From positions 1 through 64,000 of the forward strand of contig CAVYTU010000007.1 of NCBI GenBank assembly GCA_963771465.1: 64,000 nucleotides of DNA. The letters are read 5' to 3'. The DNA is from an uncultured delta proteobacterium. GTDB taxonomy: Bacteria > Desulfobacterota > Binatia > UBA9968. The notes under the pieces are model-generated. The model was not told the DNA's origin. It did not search any database and saw nothing but the letters and a program-made list of their open reading frames with translations. How positions within the stretch are numbered: the stretch's first letter is position 1; each line of letters opens with the position of its first letter. Made by a program: the position numbers and the translations under genes. Shown one piece after another: positions 21,959 to 32,379 of this stretch.

Positions 21959-23812
21959 TTAGCCCCGAGCGCGCAGGATGGCCGTGAGAGTGGTCGGCAA
22001 ATCGCCGCGCAGAACGACAATCTCGACTTGGTCGCCGGGCTTTTTGCTGCGTAGGACCGCGGTTAAGTCTTCGATGTTTTGAATTTTTGCGCCCGCTAGT
22101 TGAATGATCACATCACCTTCTTTTAGGCCGGCGCGCGCCGCTGGACTGTCGCTGACCACGCCGGCGAGCCGGACGCCTTCGCTGGCGACACCATAATCCG
22201 GAATACTGCCAAGAAACGTGCCGACCGCGCGCCCATCGCGCGGCTGTGCCGATGGCGGCCGCGCCGGCAGGCTAACAAAGTTCACCGGCTCCTTGGAATT
22301 GGCCAGCCGCAGGGCTGTAACAAGTACTAGGTCGCTGACTCGGGCCATGCCTTCGATATTGAGTTTCTCCCAGGTGTCGGTCGGGCGGTGATAATCTGCG
22401 TGACTGCCGGTAAAAAAATGCAGCACCGGGATTTTCTTATTGTAGAAACTCATGTGATCGCTGCGTCCAACGTCGTCCGACTGGTTGACTTGTAAACCCA
22501 GGTCACGCGCGTTGGCGCTGACGATGTCGCTTAAGTTTTCGCCCGAGCGGGAGCCGAAGACCGTCACCCGGTCATCGCGCAGGCGGCCAACCATGTCCAA
22601 GTTGAGCATCGCTTTGGTCGATGCAAGAGATTGGAAACGGTCGACAAAATGTCTCGAGCCGAACAGGCCGAGCTCTTCTGCGCTGAAAGCGGCCAAGACC
22701 ACCGTGCGCGCCGGCCGGCTTGGTATTTGACTCAAGCGTCTTGCCAGATCGAGCAGCACGGCGGTGCCCGAAGCATTGTCGTCGGCGCCGTGATGAATTT
22801 GTCCTGCCGCGTTGGCGTTCATGGCGCCGATTTGGCCAAAGCCAAGATGATCGTAATGGGCGCCGATGACGATATTCTCGCGGCTTAAATTCGGATCGCT
22901 GCCGGGAATGATCGCGACGACATTTTCCGTGCGTTCGCGCTGTTCTTCTAGTGTTACTTGCAACGTGACCGAGGCCTCCGCGATGGCCATCGACGCCGGC
23001 TTCTCAGCGCGGTCGATCTGTTCCTTGAGCGTCTTAAGCGAGACGCCGTGGGGCTCAAGCCATTTTTCGATTATCCGTTGCTTGACCTGAGCCGCGACCA
23101 GGCTTGGGCCGCCGCGAGATAAGCTGCTTAGAGTGGTCAGCAGCTCGGCCTTTTCCGAGCCCGTATTGTTGAGGTCGACCAGGATCATGCCGGCGGCGCC
23201 GTGATCGCGGGCGTTGTTCGCCTTGTTGCGCAGGGTCGCATGGTTGGAGTAATTCGGCAATTTTTTAAACGGACTTTTGTCGTCTTTGGGCGGCGGCTCG
23301 TAGCGGAGCACCAGGACGATTTTTCCTTTCACATCGATGCCGTCGTAGTCGTCGTAGCCGTAGTCTTTGGCGGTGATGCCATAACCGGCGAAAACCAGCG
23401 GCGCTTGCGCCTTGTTGGAGGCGGAAAAGCCGAGCGCTGTCCAATCTTGATCCAGCGCTAAATCGCTCTCGCTGCCCAAGCTTAAACGGCTCGGTTGCTT
23501 GACGGTAACGCCGACGGCGACGTCAAAGGCTTGGAGAAAACTATTATTGTCACCGCCGGGTTTGAGGCCATACTTGGCGAATTCGCCGGCGAGATAATCC
23601 CGCGCGAGTTTAATGCCCGGCGTATTGACGCCGCGTCCGGTAAGCTCGGATGACGCGAGATATTTCGCGTGACGTAAAATTTCATCGGCGGCGCTCGGCA
23701 CCGGCAGTTCCAAGCTCCAGCCGGTGAGCGCGACGACGACGCTTAGGCCGAGGATTATGCCGGCGAGAACTTTTCGAAGCTTCGGTCTGCCAATGGGCCT
23801 GTCGGTGACCAT
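21959..23812 (-). CDS. M28 aminopeptidase with PA and PDZ domains (start uncertain)
   Basis: GAHYDH, GADDNASG, AEELGLFGS, NLDMVG, SDH, DYH; C-terminal GSIPDY PDZ. Confidence 0.9.
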   Translation of the reverse strand: MVTDRPIGRPKLRKVLAGIILGLSVVVALTGWSLELPVPSAADEILRHAKYLASSELTGRGVNTPGIKLARDYLAGEFAKYGLKPGGDNNSFLQAFDVAVGVTVKQPSRLSLGSESDLALDQDWTALGFSASNKAQAPLVFAGYGITAKDYGYDDYDGIDVKGKIVLVLRYEPPPKDDKSPFKKLPNYSNHATLRNKANNARDHGAAGMILVDLNNTGSEKAELLTTLSSLSRGGPSLVAAQVKQRIIEKWLEPHGVSLKTLKEQIDRAEKPASMAIAEASVTLQVTLEEQRERTENVVAIIPGSDPNLSRENIVIGAHYDHLGFGQIGAMNANAAGQIHHGADDNASGTAVLLDLARRLSQIPSRPARTVVLAAFSAEELGLFGSRHFVDRFQSLASTKAMLNLDMVGRLRDDRVTVFGSRSGENLSDIVSANARDLGLQVNQSDDVGRSDHMSFYNKKIPVLHFFTGSHADYHRPTDTWEKLNIEGMARVSDLVLVTALRLANSKEPVNFVSLPARPPSAQPRDGRAVGTFLGSIPDYGVASEGVRLAGVVSDSPAARAGLKEGDVIIQLAGAKIQNIEDLTAVLRSKKPGDQVEIVVLRGDLPTTLTAILRARG

Positions 23813-23974
23813 GGGCTCTGACGTTACCATGTTTGCCGCGGTCAATTGAAGCCATGCGACCGATTTGCGCACGCGAATTAAGCCACGCGCTTGCGGTCAT
23901 GGGCTCGGTTTTGCGGCGGTTTGAGGGAAGTGATATAAATTGCCTAACTTGCTGGCATGAAGGGAAGATTAACC

Positions 23975-24208
23975 ATGGCAAAATCAGTTGTCGTTTATAC
24001 TCAGCCCGGCTGAGGCCCTTGTCATAAAGAGGTAGAGTTTCTATCTCAAAAGGGCGTCGAGTTCGTCGAGAAAAATGTCCGCGCCGATAAGGATGCGATG
24101 AAAGAATTGATCGATCAAGGTTTTCAAAGCACGCCGGTGACGATTATAGACGGTCAGTCGGTGGTCGGGTTCGACCAGCTAAAGATTATGGAGCTGCTCG
24201 GTCTCTAG
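23975..24208 (+). CDS. glutaredoxin/NrdH-like selenoprotein (UGPC; Sec at 24011-24013)
   Basis: Manual: MAKSVVVYTQPG-U-GPCHKEVEFLSQKGVEF...STPVTIIDGQSVVGFD; absent from ORF track. Confidence 0.88.
24015..24055 (+). promoter_or_regulatory. putative SECIS element
   Basis: Lower stem GCCCUU/AAGGGC, upper stem GAGGUAGA/UCUAUCUC, GUU loop. Confidence 0.75.
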
Positions 24209-24258
24209 TTCCCACCGAGGCGCGGATTTGTCGACATTAGAATTAGGAGCCAAGGGAC

Positions 24259-24510
24259 ATGAAGAAACTTTCGACAGTAGTCTTTGCTGCAATGTTAGCG
24301 ATCTCATTCACCCAGCCCGTCTGGGCTCGCACCTGTCCCAAGCTGATCAAAGAAGGGCGTGATCTGCTCGCCAAATCAAAGCTCGCGCAGAGTGAAAAAA
24401 ACAAAGCCAAATCTTTAATCGACGAATCGGAAAAACTCCACGACGACGGCGATCATGGTCAGTCGATGAAAAAGGTCAAAGAAGCGCTGACGCTGCTCAA
24501 GAAAAAGTAA
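24259..24510 (+). CDS. small secreted helical hypothetical protein
   Basis: AGGAG RBS, signal peptide ending VWA, then RTCPKLI. Confidence 0.7.
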   Translation: MKKLSTVVFAAMLAISFTQPVWARTCPKLIKEGRDLLAKSKLAQSEKNKAKSLIDESEKLHDDGDHGQSMKKVKEALTLLKKK

Positions 24511-24541
24511 AAGTCGGCGGCAGCGTGGTCGCTCCGACGGT

Positions 24542-25243
24542 TTATTTCAGCTGTGATTTCCAGCCCGACGAGCTGAGCATCTTGCCGGTCACGCTCTTCG
24601 CTTCGTCCGACGCTAAAAACACAAACACCTCCGTCACCGATTCCGGCTTGCTACCGCTGTAGCCGGTTAATTTCGTTGCGACATAGCCCGGTTCGACGGA
24701 GTTGACGCGAATATTCGATGAGCGCGCTTCGGCGGCGAGGGTTTGGGAAAAACCTTCCAGTCCCCACTTGGAAGTCGCGTAGGCCAAGAAGTTGGCGTAG
24801 GCGCCGCGGCCGATCATGGACGACACATTGATAATCGAGCCGGTCTTTTGCTTCATCATTATCGGCAGGACTGCTTGGGTAATCAGGAATGGGCCGCGCA
24901 GGTTGACGGCGATGGTGTAATCCCATTTCTTCACGTCGAGCTCGGTCATCGGCGTCGGCCGGGTCATGACGCCGGCGTTGTTGACAAGAATATCAATGCG
25001 GCCAAATTGCTTGTGTGCATTGGCGACGAATGCTTTTACCGGCTCTTCGAGGGACACATCGCATGTCCAACCTTCCGCCTCGGCGTTAATGCCGCGCAGC
25101 TCTTTGACGGTTTGATCGAGTTCGGCGCTCGTGCGCGCGCACAGCGCAAGCTTGGCGCCTTCGCGCGCGTAGTGCATGGCAATCGCTTTGCCGATGCCAC
25201 GCCCGCCGCCGGTAATCAGAGCGACTTTGTCTTTGAGTTTCAT
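24542..25243 (-). CDS. SDR family oxidoreductase
   Basis: TGGGRGIG, NNAG, YATSK. Confidence 0.92.
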   Translation of the reverse strand: MKLKDKVALITGGGRGIGKAIAMHYAREGAKLALCARTSAELDQTVKELRGINAEAEGWTCDVSLEEPVKAFVANAHKQFGRIDILVNNAGVMTRPTPMTELDVKKWDYTIAVNLRGPFLITQAVLPIMMKQKTGSIINVSSMIGRGAYANFLAYATSKWGLEGFSQTLAAEARSSNIRVNSVEPGYVATKLTGYSGSKPESVTEVFVFLASDEAKSVTGKMLSSSGWKSQLK

Positions 25244-25370
25244 GATCGTTTCCTTTTGGGCGGATGGCCAAAGCATGGCGGCATATTAACTGGTTTCCAA
25301 TTGTGAAACCAACTTTTAGGCTTGAGGCTTACCGCGCGAAACGATAGTAAGAAGCGGCGGAGGAAAAACT

Positions 25371-26246
25371 ATGGACATACTCAGCATCACCGGTTACAAC
25401 CGCCGGCCGCCGCATCTGGTGGCCGAGTACAAAGGTTTTTTTGCCAAGCAAGATCTCGAAGTTAGATTTCACGAGACGACCTACGCGCCGGATCATAATA
25501 AAGGCATGGCGGAAGGGCGCTGGGATTTTACGCTCAGCAGCGCGGACACCATGATCGCTCGGACGACCACCGACGGTGTCGACTATATGCTCTTCATGCA
25601 AGCGGAAGAAGGGTTGAGCGCGTATCTGATCGGCCAGCCAGGCTACGATTCCCTCGACAAGCTGCGCGGCAAGTTGCTCGCCGGCGATCCCGGCGATTCC
25701 AATCTCGATCTAATCCGTAAAAAAATTCTCCGCAAACATGGCATCGACGATACCGAGTACGAGATTGAAATCATCGGCAGCTCGCCGGTGCGCTTGGAGG
25801 CGTTTCTCCAACGGCGCGTGGTCGCCGCCATGTTGACACCGCCGGCTTCCGACAAAGCGCTGGCTGCCGGCGGCATTCTGCTCGCCAGCGGCGACGATTA
25901 CGTGCCCGGCTGGCCGCTCACTTGCGGCTGGACGCTCAGGCCGTGGTTGCTGGATCACCGAGAACTGGTCGTCCGATTCATCCGCGCCTGGGCCGTGGCG
26001 ACGGATTGGTTACTCAAGCCGGAAAATCGCGACGAGACTTTGCAGCTATCGATGGACAAGGAAAAGCTCAATCGAGCCGCCGCCGAAATTGCATATTCCA
26101 AAGTCGTGCCGCGAGCGCGCATCAACCCAGCCGCGATCCAAACCGTGATCGAACTGAGAAAAGAGTTGGGCGTTTACAAACCGCCCTTCGCTCCGCCGGA
26201 GCGGTTCTACGATGAAAGTTATTGGCGCCAAGCGACGGAACGATGA
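25371..26246 (+). CDS. NMT1-like substrate-binding-fold protein
   Basis: KGFFAKQDLEV, LRGK, VVRFIRA; no evident signal peptide. Confidence 0.7.
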   Translation: MDILSITGYNRRPPHLVAEYKGFFAKQDLEVRFHETTYAPDHNKGMAEGRWDFTLSSADTMIARTTTDGVDYMLFMQAEEGLSAYLIGQPGYDSLDKLRGKLLAGDPGDSNLDLIRKKILRKHGIDDTEYEIEIIGSSPVRLEAFLQRRVVAAMLTPPASDKALAAGGILLASGDDYVPGWPLTCGWTLRPWLLDHRELVVRFIRAWAVATDWLLKPENRDETLQLSMDKEKLNRAAAEIAYSKVVPRARINPAAIQTVIELRKELGVYKPPFAPPERFYDESYWRQATER

Positions 26247-26402
26247 CCTGCAGGAACCCCCCAAAGGGCATAAAGATCACAAAGTAAGCACAATCGGATG
26301 CGGAAATAAGCCGCAAAGCTTGTCCTAGGCATATGCGCAGGAACTGGAGCCGCGCCAAGGATGCAAAAAAGAAATAGCGCGGGTTTGAAACCGCCCGCAA
26401 GA

Positions 26403-26741
26403 TCAGACGAATAGCGAGCGTAAGATCATGCTGACGATACTGAGCACGATGGCGCCAAAAAAGGCCGGCCAGAAACCGGCGACGGCGAAGCCGGGGACGA
26501 GGTAGGCGGCGAACATCAGCATCAGTGCGTTGATGACGAGTAGAAAAATGCCCAGCGTGAGGATGGTGATCGGAAAGGTGATGATTTTTACGATGAAGCC
26601 GATGGTCGCGTTAACCAGCCCGATGACGATCGGCGCGATCAGCGCCGGGCCGATGCCTTGTAATTGGATGCCGGGAATTAAATAGGCGGCGAGTATCAAG
26701 CTTGCCGCGCTAATCAGCCAGTGCACGATCAAGTTCCACAT
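26403..26741 (-). CDS. YvlD-like 4-TM membrane protein (phage_holin_4_2 family)
   Basis: GLVNA.I, P.TILTLG.F.LVINA, PGF.V.GFWPA. Confidence 0.85.
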   Translation of the reverse strand: MWNLIVHWLISAASLILAAYLIPGIQLQGIGPALIAPIVIGLVNATIGFIVKIITFPITILTLGIFLLVINALMLMFAAYLVPGFAVAGFWPAFFGAIVLSIVSMILRSLFV

Positions 26742-26875
26742 AATTCCTCCCGCGTGAGAGCGGTCATAGCAGAGAGCGGCGAAACGCGCAATTGCGCTGA
26801 CGCTTTCCCCTTGTCAGGGAACTTATAGAATGTAAAATGAATCGTTGCAAATTCGCATAAGGAGGCATAAACGCC

Positions 26876-27895
26876 ATGTCAAACCAGGAACTCGAAACAG
26901 TAGCTCAAACCATGGTGGCCAAGGGCAAGGGGATTCTCGCCGCGGACGAAAGCATGGGCACGATCAAGCGGCGTTTCGATAGCATCAAAATCGACTCCAA
27001 CGAGAACAACCGGCGCGCTTATCGCGAAACGCTATTCACGACCCCAGGCCTCGAAGAAGCGATCAGCGGCGTAATCCTGTTCGATGAAACCCTGCGCACG
27101 GCGGCGAGCGACGGCACGCCCTTCTCCCAAGTGTTATCCAAAAAAGGCATCATGCCGGGGATCAAGGTGGACAAGGGGCCAGTCGATATTCCCTTCTTCC
27201 CCGGCGAGACCGTGACCGAAGGACTCGATGGCCTGCGCGGGCGGGTAAAAGAATACAAAGAGCTCGGCGCCAAGTTCGCCAAATGGCGCGCCGTGATTAC
27301 CATCGGCGAAGGTATCCCGACGTATACTTGCTTGGCGGCCAATGCCCATGCCCTGGGACGCTACGCGGCGCTCTGTCAGGAAGGCGGCATCGTGCCCATC
27401 GTCGAGCCGGAAGTCTTGCTCGACGGCAACCACACGATCGAGCGTTGCGAGGAAGTGACCGAAGCGACGTTGAGAATAACCTTCTTGGCTCTAGCGGAAC
27501 AGCGCGTGCATCTTGAAGGTATGATTCTCAAACCGAGCATGGTGGTGTCGGGCAAGGACAACGCGCGCCAGGCCGGCGTTGACGAAGTCGCCGAGCGCAC
27601 GATTCGTTGCTTGAAGCGCACCGTCCCGGCCGCCGTGCCGGGGATCGCTTTTCTTTCCGGTGGACAAAGCGCCGTGAGCGCCACGGAGCACTTAAACCGA
27701 ATGAACCAAATGGGTCCTCACCCGTGGCAAGTGAGTTTTTCTTACGCGCGGGCGCTGCAGGATCCGGCGCTCAAAGCTTGGAAGGGCGAGGCCAGCAACG
27801 TCGCTGCGGCGCAAAAAATCTTCTACCACCGCGCCAAGATGAACAGCGCGGCGCGCAGCGGCGGTTATACCAAAAAGTTGGAGGATGCGGCGTAG
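26876..27895 (+). CDS. class I fructose-bisphosphate aldolase
   Basis: GILAADES, FAKWRAV, VPIVEPEV, FLSGGQS, FSYARALQ. Confidence 0.95.
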   Translation: MSNQELETVAQTMVAKGKGILAADESMGTIKRRFDSIKIDSNENNRRAYRETLFTTPGLEEAISGVILFDETLRTAASDGTPFSQVLSKKGIMPGIKVDKGPVDIPFFPGETVTEGLDGLRGRVKEYKELGAKFAKWRAVITIGEGIPTYTCLAANAHALGRYAALCQEGGIVPIVEPEVLLDGNHTIERCEEVTEATLRITFLALAEQRVHLEGMILKPSMVVSGKDNARQAGVDEVAERTIRCLKRTVPAAVPGIAFLSGGQSAVSATEHLNRMNQMGPHPWQVSFSYARALQDPALKAWKGEASNVAAAQKIFYHRAKMNSAARSGGYTKKLEDAA

Positions 27896-28033
27896 CGTTG
27901 TCAATTACCGTTGACAGCGAATTCAATTGTCGTTTTCAATCCGAGCGGGTGTCACTGCGTATCTGACGGGGGTACTTGTGGCAGCCGCTTGGTTTTGATA
28001 AGTGAAGCGGAAATTTTGCATACCGAAGTGAAC

Positions 28034-29074
28034 ATGACCTACAAAAAACCCCCGAGTAAAAAATGGTTAGTTTGGACAGGTGCGTTAGCAATCACGGTTT
28101 CTGCAATCATTGGGATGCTGATCTTACGCCAATGGTGCAACGCCAGTCATCATGTTGTGGCGCTCTTGAGCGACGTGGAAGTTCAGGCCGGTCGCCTGAA
28201 CGCCATTGAGTGGGAAGCCATGGCGCGCAAGGGGGTCTATTCCGAGCTTAAAGGCGAGCATGTTTTGACACGCCGGCTAATGGATCGCATGCTTGACGAA
28301 TTGAGTCAGCATATCGATCAATCCAACTTAACGGCGATTCGCAATGGCTATCGCGAGTACGCCCAGGCGATCGGCGAACGCTACCGCTTGCTGGAAGAGA
28401 AAAAGCCCGCTCAAGCGCTCGCGGTCGACGACGCGAAAGTCGATCCTGCCTACGACAAACTGATGGATCTCATAGGGCAAGCCCAGAATCGCTATGCCGC
28501 TTCATCGCGCTGGACCATGATGGTCGTCGATGTCGGTTCGACTGCTGTGTTGCTCTTGGCCGCGCTGTCGATTGGTTTGCTCTTTTCCAAATTCGAACAA
28601 GTGCAGCGGCTGAAAGAAGTCCTGATCGCCGAGCAAAACGTTTTACGCCAGAGCGAAGAACGTTTCCGCGCCTTGGTGCAGAACACCTCCGATATCATCG
28701 CGATCATCCACCCTCTGCCGCCGATGATCAAGTTCATGAGCGACTCGATTCACCGCGTGCTCGGCCATCGGCCCGAAAGCTTGCTTGGCACCGATATCAC
28801 CAAACTGTTGCATCCCGACGATGGTGGGAAAATGCAGCGCTTCCTAGCCAACTGCGCTTTCAATCCGCGCTCCACTTACTTGGCGGATGTGCGCTTGCGC
28901 CACTCCAACGGCAGTTGGAGCCATGTCGAAATGTTCGGCGACAATCGCGTCGACGACGCGGCGATCGGCGGCATCGTGATCAACCTCCGCGACGCTTCCG
29001 AGCGAATAAATAATGACGCCGTCGACGATACGGAACCAACGGATACCGAGTTTCCAGAGCGGCGACTGCACTAG
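28034..29074 (+). CDS. membrane sensor: TM, periplasmic helical bundle, TM, PAS; no output domain
   Basis: Two TM helices, SEERFRALVQNTSD, LHPDD, GIVINLRD. Confidence 0.75.
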   Translation: MTYKKPPSKKWLVWTGALAITVSAIIGMLILRQWCNASHHVVALLSDVEVQAGRLNAIEWEAMARKGVYSELKGEHVLTRRLMDRMLDELSQHIDQSNLTAIRNGYREYAQAIGERYRLLEEKKPAQALAVDDAKVDPAYDKLMDLIGQAQNRYAASSRWTMMVVDVGSTAVLLLAALSIGLLFSKFEQVQRLKEVLIAEQNVLRQSEERFRALVQNTSDIIAIIHPLPPMIKFMSDSIHRVLGHRPESLLGTDITKLLHPDDGGKMQRFLANCAFNPRSTYLADVRLRHSNGSWSHVEMFGDNRVDDAAIGGIVINLRDASERINNDAVDDTEPTDTEFPERRLH

Positions 29075-29156
29075 CACGACGGAGTTTGCGCATGACCGGC
29101 GCGATGAGTAATTTGGCGTTGTTCGATTTTCCACTCAATTCTCAGGAGTAGCAGCC

Positions 29157-29372
29157 ATGGGGATCGAAGGACTAGGCTTCGTTATCGGCGTCATCGGCGC
29201 AATCTGGCTGAAGAGCTCGATGAACTTGATGCGCGAGCAAAAGGAACAACCCGAGCTGAAGATGATCGGCCGCGAGCCGGAAGATCCGGCGCTGAAAGCC
29301 TTCATGCGCGGATTGACGTTAATCTTGCTCGGCTTGGGGTTGGAAACCTACGCGCGGCTGTTTCTAAACTAG
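29157..29372 (+). CDS. small 2-TM hypothetical protein
   Basis: AGGAG RBS, two hydrophobic segments. Confidence 0.6.
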   Translation: MGIEGLGFVIGVIGAIWLKSSMNLMREQKEQPELKMIGREPEDPALKAFMRGLTLILLGLGLETYARLFLN

Positions 29373-29780
29373 CCCGTCATCCGAGCTCCTGTCAACGAGG
29401 GCAATCATTGCGCAATAGCAGCGAGTGAACCGCACTCAACTCGAATGCCGCGATTGAAATTAAATCAGCGCGTGAGGCGCGATTCTTCCCTAGTGAAGAA
29501 ACGGTTCTCTGTCTGTAAGTAAGCAACCCACATCGTTCCCAGCAGGCAATCCCTGGGTAGCCATTGGAACGGCTTGCCAACCAAGCAAATCGACTTTGCA
29601 AACGCAGCGTCGGGTGTCTTCACTACTCCAGGAACACGCCTCCTGCGTACCCAGTATCTAACTTCGGAATTCGGGCTTCATGACTCCACGCATTTCATTG
29701 ATTTGGTAGACCCATCAATTTGTCTTTCTCCCGTTGGCAAAATCGCCGATAATAGCCGAATCAATTTCTAACGAGGTGTC

Positions 29781-31418
29781 TTGATGGGTCGTTCATCGCT
29801 GTTTGATCGTTTCGCCCGGACCGTTCGAGTCGCCCATTTTTGCGACCGTCGGCAAATTGCCACCCGCGAGGGGATAGAGATCTACGATGCTTGCCAGCAG
29901 CAACGGCGTCTTAGCCGGCGCGATTTTCTGGCCAACGCCGGAAGATTGGCAGCCGTTGCCGCCGCGGCGACCGTCGTCGATCCGTTGGCGCGCGCGCTTG
30001 CGGCGCAGCCGAGCGGATCGCCGCTACGAGTCGGTATCGTCGGCGCCGGTTTGGCCGGTCTCGCCTGTGCGCGCGAACTGCGGCGTAACGGTATCGTCGC
30101 GACATTGTTCGACGCCAACGATCGAGTCGGCGGGCGCTGTTGGTCGCTGCGCGACTTTTTTCCCGGGCAGGTCGCCGAACGCGGCGGCGAGTTCATCGAT
30201 ACGCCGCATAAAACCTTGCTCGGGTATGTCCGGGAATTCGGCTTGTCGCTGGAAGACGTCGACAAGAAAGTCGGCGAAGTTTTCTACTACTTCGGCGGCC
30301 AACGAGTTGGCGAAGCGGCAGTGATCGATGCCTACCGCGCCTTTGTCCCGACGATGCGCGACGACTTGCGTGATCTTTCGAGCGAACCGACGGCGGAGAG
30401 TCATAGCGCCGCAGACGTGGTTCTCGACGCCATGAGTCTCGGCGAATATCTCGCTAGCCGCGGCGCCGGCCAGCTGTTGAGCGCTGTTATCGAGCAGGCT
30501 TACAAAGCCGAGTACGGCTTGGAAATCGATGAGCAGAGCTGTCTCAACTTTCTGCTGTTTATTCATGCCGATCGGCGCTCGAAATTCACGCCCTTCGGCA
30601 TTTTCAGCGATGAGCGTTATCACGTCATCGAGGGCAACGATGGAATCACGGCCGGTCTGAGCCAACGCTTGCCAGGACAGATTCGCCTCGATCAGCGACT
30701 GCTTCGAGTGGTCAAGACCGCGGCCGGCAAGCTCGAGTTATCCTTTGCTCAGGGCGCAACCACGACGAGCGAAGTTTTCGACGCCGTCGTGCTGGCGATC
30801 CCGTTCACGACTTTGCGCGCCGTGGATTTGGATGGGAGTCTCGATCTGCCGACCTGGAAAACCGCGGCGATCAACAATCTCGGCTATGGAACCAACGCCA
30901 AGATGATGCTCGGTTTCGCTGCCAGGCCATGGGTTTCGCTTGGCAGCAGCGGCGAGTCTTATTCGGACCTGGCCAATCATCAGCTTACTTGGGAGACCAA
31001 TCCCACCCGCGCAACGGTCAACCGAGCGGTGCTGACCGATTATTCCAGCGGCACCCGCGGCGCCGGTTTGAATCCCGCCAATGCGCAAACTGAAGCGCAG
31101 TTATTTTTAAATGATCTCAATCTGGTTTATCCCGGCGCTCTGGCAGCGGCGAGCCTGGATGCGAGCGCGATGCTGCGCGTCCATCTGGAACACTGGCCGT
31201 CCAATCCTCTCACACTGGGTTCTTACACCTGTTATCGTCCGGGCCAGTTTACTTCAATCGCCGGTAACGAAGGCAAAGCGATCGGCAATCTGCACTTCGC
31301 CGGCGAGCACGCCAACTCGTTTTACGAATGGCAAGGCTTCATGGAAGGCGCGGCGCTTTCCGGCATCCAAGCGGCGCGGGAAATTTTACACGACGTCAAA
31401 GTCGGCGCGCTCGGTTAA
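29781..31418 (+). CDS. flavin monoamine oxidase family protein
   Basis: VGAGLAGL, RVGGR, ERGGEFID, HFAGEH, GFMEGA. Confidence 0.9.
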   Translation: MMGRSSLFDRFARTVRVAHFCDRRQIATREGIEIYDACQQQRRLSRRDFLANAGRLAAVAAAATVVDPLARALAAQPSGSPLRVGIVGAGLAGLACARELRRNGIVATLFDANDRVGGRCWSLRDFFPGQVAERGGEFIDTPHKTLLGYVREFGLSLEDVDKKVGEVFYYFGGQRVGEAAVIDAYRAFVPTMRDDLRDLSSEPTAESHSAADVVLDAMSLGEYLASRGAGQLLSAVIEQAYKAEYGLEIDEQSCLNFLLFIHADRRSKFTPFGIFSDERYHVIEGNDGITAGLSQRLPGQIRLDQRLLRVVKTAAGKLELSFAQGATTTSEVFDAVVLAIPFTTLRAVDLDGSLDLPTWKTAAINNLGYGTNAKMMLGFAARPWVSLGSSGESYSDLANHQLTWETNPTRATVNRAVLTDYSSGTRGAGLNPANAQTEAQLFLNDLNLVYPGALAAASLDASAMLRVHLEHWPSNPLTLGSYTCYRPGQFTSIAGNEGKAIGNLHFAGEHANSFYEWQGFMEGAALSGIQAAREILHDVKVGALG

Positions 31419-31801
31419 GTCCGCGTTTCGTTGAGAGTTTGGCAGCCGGCTCGAGCCGATATTTATCCACACCGCCAATCGGTGCGGCGGCAATCGTTTT
31501 GAGCCCATCTGCCGGCCATTTTATCCCCATCTATCGTTTCCCAGCACGCCGCGATGAGGTCATTAATTTCTTTTCAACATTGTCCACTATTAGACAGTAA
31601 TCTCTGCAGAGTAAGGGCAGGCTCATCGGACGGGTAGAAAAAGTTTTTGAATTTGTAATGGCGCGCAAGAGGTAGAAGGCCTGTCGACATACCCAACGGT
31701 GGCATGGATTTCCGCTCCGGTTCGGCAACGAACGTATTCCCGGTTCTGACCCCTTCCTCTTCCTATATCCAAAGGCTAACAGAGCCTGAAAAGGAGAGTT
31801 T

Positions 31802-32359
31802 ATGCATCCTATAATATTGGTCGTTGTACCTTTAGCGGTGGTGATCCTGGGGATGGTACTGAACAGTATCGATCTCGGCTTCAATCAACCACCGAGTTCG
31901 ACGGAGCACGATGCGGTCAAGAAACTGACGGCGGAAAAGGAGTCCTATCGCAAGTTTTTCGATCTCCAGAGAAGCCGGTCGATCAAGCGCCAGCAACGGG
32001 TCAGCCAGTATGGCTGGTTGGTGATGGCCACGTTTATCGGCGCCTTCATCTGGCTCTATGCGGATACCGTGAGCAAGACCAGCCTTTCGAGTCAGATTGC
32101 CGGGATTCAAACTTTGGCAACCGAAGAAGGCAAACAGATGGTTCTCTCGGTGACACAAAGCGACGGCGTCAATGTCAAATACCTGATCAAATTGCCCACA
32201 GCCGATAAGACAGCGGTTGCCGCAACAGAAGCCCCTGCCATTGAAAAGGTCTCAAAGTGGGAGATCGAGAGATTGGGCACGGCTCTAAGCACCGGCGATA
32301 ATCCATTAACGCTTGGCGTCGCGCTGAAACTTTCCCAACTCGCCATCGATCCCAAATAG
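31802..32359 (+). CDS. hypothetical membrane protein
   Basis: AGGAG RBS, two TM segments, followed by a terminator. Confidence 0.65.
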   Translation: MHPIILVVVPLAVVILGMVLNSIDLGFNQPPSSTEHDAVKKLTAEKESYRKFFDLQRSRSIKRQQRVSQYGWLVMATFIGAFIWLYADTVSKTSLSSQIAGIQTLATEEGKQMVLSVTQSDGVNVKYLIKLPTADKTAVAATEAPAIEKVSKWEIERLGTALSTGDNPLTLGVALKLSQLAIDPK

Positions 32360-32379
32360 ACGCGGGATTTCCACAGCTC

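Noticed and set aside
26403-26741. Holin as evidence of a prophage
   Set aside because: YvlD-like family is a common chromosomal membrane protein; no phage genes adjacent
29900-30010. Internal Tat-like SRRDFL motif in the amine oxidase as a novel feature
   Set aside because: Start position is uncertain and I cannot show the arrangement is unusual for the family
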